A stretch of 64,000 nt of DNA. It comes from Macrostomum lignano (lineage: Eukaryota). The DNA lies in assembly GCA_002269645.1 (NCBI GenBank), contig NIVC01002101.1, positions 124,001 to 188,000 on the forward strand. Direction: 5' to 3'. Each line of letters begins with the position of its first letter. Within the stretch, counting starts at the first letter, position 1. The notes beneath the pieces were generated by a model. That model was not told where the DNA came from, did not search any database, and was given only the letters and a program-made list of their open reading frames with translations. The position numbers were made by a program, and so were the translations under genes. Of the stretch, positions 1 through 11,522 are shown piece by piece.

Positions 1-519
1 AGCTTCTGCAAACAAGATTTGACAGCCTCTTCTTCGATCGACTCTGTTCAACTCGGGTCATTTGAGGACAGCTCACGCGTTAGGGCATAGCAGGGTGGCC
101 CGGCGGCAGGCTTGAGTCTTAAGCCCTCACCTGAGACGCTGTTTTTTTTTAAATTGGCCCGAGTCTCCATCGACTTTTGGCTCGGATTTTGGAGTGCAGC
201 TGTGAGCGCCTGTGGCACTGATCAGCGGCATTGAGTTAGTACTCTCGCAGCTGCTACAGACCGGTGGCGGTGCTTGCTTTTTAGGCACTGTCGCTTTTAT
301 CATTTTGGTTGGTGCCATCAAGTGTGTTGCCACCAGACCCAGGTCTGCGCTAAACAGCACTCGATCGCTTTCCGTCATGCTGGAGAAGCCGATATTAATC
401 ATCATATATCGCATGACTTTTGTGCGATCGAAGTCTAAATCTAGCAGGTCTCCGATTCTGGCAGGATGTCGGAGATGATTGATTGACTCGGAGGAATCGA
501 TGTGCAACCAATGCACTAA

Positions 520-860
520 AGTTAGACATGCTGAAAATTTTGAAATTATCGATTGTAACCGACAGAGTATGAAGTTGTCTATTCTTGAGGCGTTGTACAT
601 AAAACAGCTAAAAGCCCGCCATGAACAATCCAAATTGGTGGTAGAGGGGCGATCAGTGTCCATCTAAGGGTGTTCTGACCCCATGCGCTTGCCTCTTATT
701 TAGGGCCATCTAACTCTGCTACCCATACTTGCATCATGTTGACTTACTAGGCTAAAAAAATTACCACATCCTCTCTGCATGATCTATATTATTGCCTGAA
801 GATGCCGATTGTTCGGCAAAACATGTCGCGCAAAGATGAATAAAATTGCAATTTGATATT
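520..860 (+). mobile_element. Penelope-like retroelement 3' remnant (GIY-YIG endonuclease C-terminus plus terminal-repeat hammerhead-like motif)
   Basis: 533-613 translates ENFEIIDCNRQSMKLSILEALYIKQLK, matching the F-x-I(I/L)...L.ILEALYI..LK tail of PLE GIY-YIG domains. It is followed by CTGAAGATGCCGA-TTGT-TCGGCAAAAC-AT-GTC (796-827) and AATAAA (839-844). Confidence 0.7.
791..833 (+). ncRNA. Degenerate minimal type I hammerhead ribozyme motif (PLE-type)
   Basis: CUGAAGA core (796-802), stem II GCCGA/UCGGC closed by a UUGU loop, then CAAAAC where CGAAAC is canonical (G12>A), a 2-bp palindromic stem III AC-AU-GU and a GUC cleavage triplet (825-827). Stem I is weak. Confidence 0.55.
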
Positions 861-1983
861 ATTAAAGAATTGTTTGTTTTTGCTTTCGATCTCCTGTCTT
901 TTGTCAAATGAAACCTCGAATACAGAATCTATAAATAAAGTTTGACAAGTTTATGAGAAGAAAAACTTTTTTTTACTTCGACCAAAATCTTACGAAATTT
1001 TTCTACTTCCTAGCTAACGACCAGGAAGTCTTCCTGACACGCATGTTACTACCGAAAAATCCGTTTTCTGACTTCCCCAGTTTCCTGTAAAACTTCTACA
1101 AGTAGAAAGCAGGAGCAAAGGAAGCAGATCGGGTGACTTCAGCCTGAGTAAGTCAGGCACCTCGCTGTGCTGGGTAAAGCGATGCTTCACACCGGAAGTT
1201 GAAACAATGAAAGCCAAACAATTCAGACCCCTGATTCTCAGCAGCAGCAAACATCAAATTTCTCACTTGTGCCTTTAGGCTGCTTCTGTATTTGCAGTTT
1301 TTAGATCAATATACATCACCAAGACTTTAGCTAACCGTAGCTTAGAGCCTTTTAAAGCTTGTATGCAAATATATTCATAGGGTAATTAATGTATTATCTT
1401 ACCTAGAGATACACGTAGTAGGTTGATGTTACATGTATAAGTACGATAAATTGGCGTTGCAACTTGGAAAGGGTGAACTCCATCTTCTAAAATGTCCTAA
1501 TCTCGTTTTGAGCACTCTTCTCTTCTTTGATTTGCTCCACGCTTGACCAACGAGTCCTGTCTATCTAACCTTTCCGAGCCCCGCCAGGTGCTGAGGTTAC
1601 GGCAAGTATGGGCAATAATCCAATGAAATCTCGTCTACCTCGTAAAATAAAAAAAATCACTGTAAACGGACTGATTCGCGGCCAGAGGAGCTTCTGATCT
1701 TCTTGGGTTGCTGCGCAAGTACTTGCAAGAACGTGCAAGATCTTCGCTATGATACTTAGGTAAACTTACAAGATCTGAGCGACTTGCTACATCGTACAAG
1801 ATCTTAACTTTTATATTTTTTTATTTATAGCTTCAAATCGCATATACTTCTTAAATATGTTGTCCCATTTTTGTCATAAAACAAATTAGAGTTCAGCTAG
1901 AACACTTTAGCCAAATGAATGACAAAACAAATGTACGTCCCTTCTTAGAAGATACTGTAATGCAAGAACCGAGCAGATTGAGA

Positions 1984-2157
1984 AGATCTGCTAAGAATGG
2001 CACAGAGACAAGATCTGCTAAGAATGGCACAGAGACAAGATCTGCTAAGAATGGCACAGAGACAAGATCTGCTAAGAATGGCACAGAGACAAGATCTGCT
2101 AAGAATGGCACAGAGACAAGATCTGCTAAGAATGGCACAGAGACAATATCTGCTAAG
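1984..2157. repeat. 27-bp minisatellite, about 6.5 copies (AGATCTGCTAAGAATGGCACAGAGACA)
   Basis: Direct tandem units are visible; they give RSAKNGTET repeats in ORF 1915-2181. Confidence 0.95.
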
Positions 2158-4039
2158 TTTGAGAAACAGAATGTCATCTAGGGTAGTGGTAATCACCCGT
2201 AGTACGGCTCGTCATCGCTTGCTAGGGGGATGAGAATCAGAACGTAGTGGAAATTGCAAATTTAGAAAGCCATAATCTGATACAGGAGCCAAAATTGATA
2301 AAGCAGGCAACCGAAAGCGCCCCCAGTGAATAGCGGCGAAAGGTCGATTCAACACGATTGTCTACACCGGTAGGCGTGCATGCAGCAGGAATGTGTTAAT
2401 TATCATAAGTTACAGTCTTTGCATTGGGCGCAGCCTGACGCCAGTTACCCCTGGCTTAAATTAACTGCCCCATGCAAATCTGGATCTGCCGGGGACCACG
2501 AGGCCCAAAATCATCTCCGGCCCCAGTTCTCGACCACCCAGCATCCTCATGCTGGACTCTCCATAACGGGATCGCGCTGCGAACCCAGCAAAATGGGATC
2601 TCGTTTTAATGGCATTTTTAAATTATAGCAAAACCAGCGGTTTTAGGCGGCTGGTTTATGATATTTTATATGTACAAGCGTACATGGACGAGGTAGGACA
2701 TTTAAATTCAGCAGAAAGAGAAAACGAATCCGCAGATTATCGTGCACGTACACCTACTAGTTAACTGACTATATGCATGTACGTAAAAATTGTACATTTT
2801 GTACGTTTTGAAAATTGTACGTTTATTCTCAAATGTGCGTTTTGAGAATTGAGGAAGAATTTTCCCACCAAGGTTGTTTGCCCGCGCGAGCTTTTCCCGC
2901 AAGGGGTTTTCCAGTCAGAATGTTAAGTCAAGTAGAAAGCAGACTACTCCAGTTTAACTTTTAAATCACCACGAACGCATCTACTTTCTGCCGTTGAACA
3001 AAATGACCCAATGACTATTTGACAAAAGGGCTATGAAATGTCCAGTCGACGTTCTATTTAGGTTCTTTCAAAAAACACCTGGGCATCATTTTGATAGCGC
3101 GCGTTTATAGCGTTTATAGCGTTGTGCTAGGTTCTTAATAGTTTTTTTTGATTGCCGTTTTTGGTTTGAAAAGTTACTTTTTTACCAAATTTTACTGCAT
3201 CTGTTTTAATGCTGCTTTTTCTATTGTTTTAGCTGGTACTTGTTTTACTTTGACCAAAATTCAAATATTATTGTTTGATACATTTTTGCGCCGGGCCCCT
3301 ATTTCTAAATATACGAATTTAAAGAGCCTTATCCATCGTATTTACTGGTTCATTCTCACACTTACTGCATAAGTTTATAAAAAAGAATAACGTTTTGTAT
3401 TTTATTAAAATTCTCTACATTGCTTTAAATAAACTAAACCATAGATGCGAAAGGAATAGCTCCATTATAGCCATAGACTTGACAGGCCTACTATAAAGTG
3501 CTATATATTTGTGCTTGAATAAAAATAGTTGTACCAGTATATTTGGAAGCCATTGAAATCATAGATTTAGGTTGGCTATATAGTTTTCATGCATTCAAAA
3601 AAATTAAAAGCTTTACACTTAATCTCTGCTAATTGACTAGGCTAAACTATCTGCCAAAACTGCCTGCCAATCTTCAGTTGGTTGGGCTTGATATGGAATC
3701 TAATAATGCAGGCAATCAAGGACAAAATCATTGTGACGATGAGCTAGTAAGTAATCTAATAATAATGACAATGGACAAATATATATTTATATATGTTTTT
3801 TAATATTTTTATTAATAAAGATCTTAAATAATGTTATATTATAGCGTTATAGGGCTAAATGCCAAAATACCAATGGCAATCTTACTATTTCATAGCCTAT
3901 TGTACTTTTCTAAAATCCTATTGAAATAGAATTACCAAAACCTACTGACACAGTAACATTATATAGAGGTACTTCAAAAGGCCATACAAAGATTCTTATA
4001 CAAAAGATTAAAAGAGTAATTTTTATTATTAGAAGCTAG

Positions 4040-4184
4040 TGGATTGTGCGCACCCTGGTGCACTTTAAGCGACATAGGCACACAACTGGCGAGAGGCATT
4101 ATTGCCCATTCCATCGACTCCCTTGAGTAGGCATATAAGTGTGCAGATACGTACACAGGCCCACACTCACATAGGAGTGTACAG
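4040..4184 (-). mobile_element. 3' half of tRNA-derived SINE (family A)
   Basis: Reverse complement aligns to 13010-13160 of the full-length copy. Confidence 0.9.
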
Positions 4185-4192
4185 CTTTATTT

Positions 4193-5770
<1,578 letters not shown>

Positions 5771-5778
5771 CTTTATTT

Positions 5779-5960
5779 TATAATTAGGCATGTACACTTC
5801 ACTGCACATTGGGGGGGGTTGGCTCTCAAGGCTGTTAATTGCACAAGCAGAGCCAAGCCAAGATTCTAATTTAGCCCCAAATTTATGATTGCACTTGGAA
5901 TTGAGCCTAGGTCACTGGCACACTAGAGCCTATGCTAGATTGCTGGGCTATGGCCTCCCT
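5779..5960 (-). mobile_element. 5' half (tRNA head) of SINE family A, heavily C>T mutated
   Basis: Reverse complement aligns to 12816-12990; it is the colinear continuation of the 4040-4184 piece. Confidence 0.9.
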
Positions 5961-7217
5961 TAAAAAAGTAAAGAGTAAAATTACTTTATATGCATATATA
6001 ACTAAGTAAATAGTAGGAATAACCTGGGTTTTTTGGACTGTATAAGGTTTTTTGGCCTCTTGAAAATCTTATTGGCAATTGAAGTTTTGGTATCAGAGGC
6101 CAATCTGGCAACTTTATTTTCCCTATGCCAATTGCCAATTAAAAAATGATTTTATAAGTGTGTTAAATATGCTATATAAATTAATCATATGATGGTATTA
6201 TTAGTTTGTTATTGTTTGCACTATAGAAACCATAGCACCATAGTAATCTTAGAGTTGAGAGAACTAATTTCTGCTATTTAAACTTAGCCTTGGAAATATC
6301 TTCAAGAATTTGTATAGTTGCCAATAAGTAGCTAAAAATAGTCATTAAAACTAGATTTTAGGGTGCTAGTAAATTTATCAACTGGTAACTTCCTCAGCAA
6401 AGTACAGTATGTGCAGCTATCTTAGTACACAGATAATACAGATTTATAAAAGCAATGAGCTAAGCCATGTCATTGTAATGCTAGTTTTTAGGCACAAGAC
6501 ATGACAATTGTTAATTGTGACAATGTCTACCTTACTATTGCCAGATAGGCAGATTGTCTATTGTTGCAGAATGTCTTTTTGGTAGATTGACTAGATAAGA
6601 GACAGCAGCACACTGCAGCACCCAGCAGTCTACCATGTACAACATGATCAAATATAAGATACAATGATGATACAATTAAAACAATGAAACTAAGAATCTT
6701 CCATTTCAATAAGTAGCTAAGGAACTGCAATTAATTGTCAGGATGTCATTGGCAATGGTAAAATCAATTTTAATTCTAATCAGTTTTAATAAATGTAATT
6801 TAATAAAAAAGAATACTTAATTAACTTTGTATGCACATATAAATTGAAGCCTTATTGCTTTTGCTTCTATTTCCATCTCTTGCTTAATACACTTTGTTAT
6901 ATTACATATTAGTTTACGCACTATGCAAACCATGATAAACTTGTCAACATAGTTAATGAATAAAAATATGACAAGTTACCTAGATCTAGATTTTGAGCAC
7001 TAAGGGCCAGCTGGCAACTAGATTTCCAACCTTAAAAAACCTAGGGAATATGATTGTCTTCTTAAAGCTAAGTGCCTTATCATCTAATTAGTAGTACTTC
7101 TATATTCTTTTTGGATAGAAATTTTTGACTTATCCTTGGTCCAATACAATTTTCAGTGGCTAGATTGACCAAGTTAGCTAGCCTAGCAGTCATATAAATA
7201 TACATATGCATTGGTGC

Positions 7218-7655
7218 AATGGAATTGAACACAGCAGGCAAGTAGCTAGTCACATACCAATCAAAGGTCACAGTGCGGCCTTGTTCAACTGGCACTGAAG
7301 CCATGATGCCTCTGGGCTAGAAGAAAATTGCAAACATGATTTTCCCAGCTGACCTCATCCACTTCACCTTTTGGGGAGGTAGGGCTTCTTTGAGTGACCA
7401 AAGCATTGACTGTGATTTAGTTGGCGGGTCATACTGATGGAACTAGGCTTCATCACCTGTGATGATGTTCTGGAAGTTTGCAGATACTCCATCTTTGAAC
7501 TGATCCTGGAAATTTCTGCAAAAATCAATTCTCTGCTGCTTCTGCTCAGGCAAGAGGATTTGTGGTACCCATTTGGCAGCTTTCTTGGTGACACCAAGAT
7601 CTTCATACAAGATCCTCCAAATCAATATGGCATCAATGCCCAGACTCTTCTCCAG
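7218..7655 (-). pseudogene. Mariner (Tc1/mariner) transposase fragment
   Basis: EKSLGIDAILIWRILYEDLGVTKKAAKWVPQILLPEQKQQRIDFC...NIITGDEA*FHQYDPPTKSQS...RSAGKIMFAIF*PRG...GRTVTFDWYVTSYLPAVF. It contains the WVP motif, the TGDE first catalytic Asp and YDP.TK.QS, with in-frame TAG stops. Confidence 0.9.
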
Positions 7656-8140
7656 GCTGATGGTATGCACCATTTCTATATACATGTCTAGCCAAGCTTC
7701 GTCAAACCTAGGCCACGTCTTCAGTACCTTTAAGATGTAGCCTTGCAGGGTGTGGCCACCTGTATAGTAGTTGGTTTGCCACCACATCACTTTGGTTCCT
7801 AGTACCAGGTTAGCTGCTAGGCACATGTGGCCCTGGTCTTTTTCTATTAAATGCTTGGTTGTGTCTCTGCCTGCATCATCAAGCATGCCAGGCGCAGCCT
7901 TGGTTATGACATCACCATCCTCAAGACTGGCCCATCCCAGAGCCACGCAGGAGTACGCAGCAGCAGTTACTAATCCTACCAGCCATGGCACATCAGTGTC
8001 CAGTGCAGCTGTATTAGTCCTCACCCAGTTTGCAGCCCACATGGCTGCCAAGTTGGTATGGGCCTAGGTCAGGTTGGCTAGCTGTGGAAAGCAAAGCTTC
8101 TTGGCAGTTGGAATAGCAGCATCTTGGCCCACAGGTATGG
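7656..8140 (-). pseudogene. Probable endogenous viral element: negative-strand RNA virus nucleoprotein-like fragment (qinvirus/phasmavirus-type motif)
   Basis: About 160 codons with one TAG, including LVLGTKVMWWQTNYYTGGHTLQGYILKVLKT...IEMVHTI. This resembles the TK.NWW..NHH.G...GY..KV...VH.IGHW motif I recall from these nucleoproteins; NYY is explicable as NHH by CAC/CAT>TAC/TAT. The family assignment is from memory and was not searched. Confidence 0.55.
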
Positions 8141-8390
8141 GATTGCACCTTGGGATTGTACACATAAAATCTCTACTACAAGAACACTACTGGTGGCCTC
8201 GGATGGACAAGATGGTAGAATCAAGTGTAGGAACATGCCAAGTCTGCAAGACATCAAAGCCACAGAACAGAAAGTTCCGCATATCATGGCCCAAGCCAGA
8301 TGGCCTATGGACCAGAGTCTATATGAACTTTGCCAGTCCAATTGACAGGCACTACCTACTGGTATTAGTGGATGCCTACTCTAGTTTGGC
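8141..8390 (+). pseudogene. Ty3/Gypsy integrase fragment (H2C2 zinc-binding plus start of rve)
   Basis: HLGIVHIKSLLQEHYWWPRMDKMVESSVGTCQVCKTSK...WPKPDGLWTRVYMNFASPIDRHYLLVLVDAYS. Confidence 0.9.
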
Positions 8391-11300
8391 TGCATTTTAT
8401 TTTCTATTAACCCTCCACCTTTTATTTGTTGGTTAAAGACACAACAATAACAAAATTTTATCATGTTAAAATGAGAGAAACCAATAATAAAATGCATTTT
8501 ACAAGTTGTATACATGAAACAGCAACAAAATGCTTGCCCCTACCATGCAGTAGCCAACAAAGGGGGAATCAGAAAGTATCTCTAGGCCATAGCCCTAAAA
8601 AGTCATACCTGGTCTAATGAGCCAGAATCAGTCAAAGCCTGTTAGTATATGCCATTCACCCTTGGTCTTGCCTACATAGTCCTTGAAACTTGGGTAGCAG
8701 TACAATGTATAGCAGCTCAGGGCAGCAGGCCTCTGAGCAGATGATGTGGCCAGGCAGTCAAAGTTGCTACCTATGCAGTAGGTCAGAAAGCCATATCAGG
8801 TATACCATTGCATAGAGTGCAGTGTTGATCTTGCTGACTGGGTTGCTGCCTCTCCAAAGGCATCTGTCAGGGTCTAGGTCTCAGTGTTATATAGCAAGAC
8901 AATCTGCCTGAAACAGCTTCACTCTGGCCTCTGAGCCCATTATCCAAGGCCTCAAAATGGAGCACAGAGCACATGAATATATATTACAAATAATTGTCAA
9001 ACAAGTTTAACTTAGTTTCAGTATTTAGGTAACCATGGCCCCTCTATTAATAGCCTTAGCTACAAACTATACTACTTTGTCTCTGTCAACTTTTGCCCAT
9101 AAACTATATCTCAAACATTTAACCTTATTAGCTACCACATTAGCATTGAGTGAGTTATGTACTTTTTGCTAATAATTTTCATCTTTTAATGGTAAAGCAA
9201 ACTAAGGATTGGCAAAATCTAGCTTGCAGGCCAAATGTAGCCTAAAGAGCTAAAAACTCAAAAATCTGTTTCTCAGATCCTTTTAAACATTATAATAGTA
9301 ATTCAGCATACTAAAAGTTAATGTCTTCTCTTGGCTCACTTATCTATATAATTTTTTCTCTTATCTCTTTCTTCTCTTTCTATGGGACAAAAAATATAGC
9401 ATAAATTAAAATTATTTGATTAAAATTGTAATTTTGGCAATTAAAAAATTCCAAATGTTATTCTTTTTTAGTACTTCCAATTGTAATAAACATAATTTTT
9501 CTAATTCAATTTTATTAGCTAAAGTCCAATTCCAAAGTGTAGTTAAAGTTTTCTTTTTAAAAACTGTAAATTCTAATAGATTCAACATAAATCTCACTAG
9601 ATAAAAAATCAATATAGTTAAACTTCTTATTAACTTGATAAGTTGGATTGCTATCAAATACCATTATCAGTTCAAAATAACCTGATTTTTTATTATTATA
9701 TATCTGAACATAAATATGGAATAACAATTTACACACATACAAAGCAATAATAAAAAGTATAAAATAGCAACGAAGACAAAGTACAGGATCATATAATACT
9801 TGGCAAATAGTTAAAAAAAAGAAAATAGTCAGAGAAAAATAACAATTTTGTCTTCTCTAAGAGTAGTTTGCATTTTGCAAAAAGAGGTCAAAGAGATGTA
9901 ATGGCATACTTTGAAAGCAGGTCACATCTGCAAGTAAAGGTCAGTAAGAAAATATTAACATATACAATTGTAAAAATACACTTTAATTTAAATAAACAAG
10001 ATAAAGCAAGCAAATGTCAAAGAGATGTAATGACATTCTTTGTGAGCAAGTTAAGTCTACAAGAAATGATAAAAATTAGACTGCTAACATTGGTAGTTTA
10101 AAAAAGTATGTTTAGACTAGTTAAGTTGTAAAACTTTGCATGTATAAGTTCCTAATTCTCATGATATTCTACTGTATACCAAAAGCATTTTAGAAAGCAT
10201 TTTATTACTTCCAATATATCTTTGTACTCAACTAGTGAAAACAACTTTTGCTTGGTAATTCCTATGCTTGATAGCAAGCAACCCTTGAGGGCTTGTTTAC
10301 CATAAACAATGGTGACAAATGTTAGAGCGAATGTCAGTTGTTGGGATCACTATAATTAATTGATTTGAAGTCAACTATTTGTCCAATGTGGTAGGTAAAC
10401 TCAGCTATATTCTCAATTTGAATCGAGTTTGTCACTTCTTGTTTTTTTTCAAAAGCTGCTACTAGTAGCCAATTTGTTTGCTTTTGTTCTCTAAGCAATT
10501 GCTTCATGACATCAGGCATGCTTGTATTGAAGTCAGCTGACTGAATATTGTAGACCTACAATATCTGAAAAGATTAGCAACCCTTTGAGTTTAAGTTGTA
10601 TTTGGCTGAGTATCTCAAAGAGCTTGGCAGCCTCTTAACAAATAAAAATGGTACTAGATGATGCAATTTTTAAAAGTCTCAGTAGCTAGTGGACCAATGT
10701 TAGAACTAGTGCATCTGAGCTTTTATCTGAGTTATCTGTTTAGATAGAATCTTTATGCCATCAAGGTTAATTCATATAACAGTGTCAGTATCTAGAATTT
10801 CTAGGTCCTCCAATGCAGTAGCAAGTAGTTTAGATGCACTTACAAGCTTGACCATAGGACCTTAGGCTAAAAATAGCCTTTTCACTTTCGTTTTTTCTCT
10901 ATTTTCACCTGTTGCCCTTTTTGTTATCTTTGCCTTTGTTTCTAGCAGAATAGATTGCAGTGCAGCAGCATTGTAAGAGAATACTGAAGAGTTGAGCACA
11001 GTTTCAAAACACCATAATAGAAAGAATTCATTGCACAATGGCTTAGTGTGAAAATCTGGTAACTGGTTTGTTGTGAAAAATTTCTAAATCCATTTGCTAT
11101 AAAATAAAATGTAAAAAATTCAACTTGTAGTTAGACATAGGGTCACTGCCTGGAGTCTATAGTGAGTTGTGGAACCATGTCTAAATACAAGAAAAATATT
11201 TTGATGCAACTAATACTAGCAACTAACTTGCAGCCAAATACAATGTCAATTGATCAGTTTTTACAAGTTTTCACAACAATAACAATGTGAAAACAGGGAC

Positions 11301-11522
11301 TTCTATAAGTTTTTCACTAGTTAAAACAAGTCAACAAAGTATAGACTTTGTTGCATTTTAAAATGCAAATCCTGATTGCAATAATTACAGAGAAATTTAT
11401 GTAATACGGATTGTAATTATGGTAATTAATACAAATCTGATACAATGTCATTGGTGATGTATCAGAATCGTATATTCTTATTTAAATTTATACCTAGATG
11501 GAGATGTTGTGGTATTCAAAAA

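Noticed and set aside
7443-8051. 202-aa ORF as a single genuine gene
   Set aside because: It is a chance in-frame fusion of a virus-like N fragment and a mariner fragment; both continue beyond the ORF through stop codons.
10985-11015. Second hammerhead (CTGAAGAG...CAAAAC)
   Set aside because: No credible stem II or stem III pairing.
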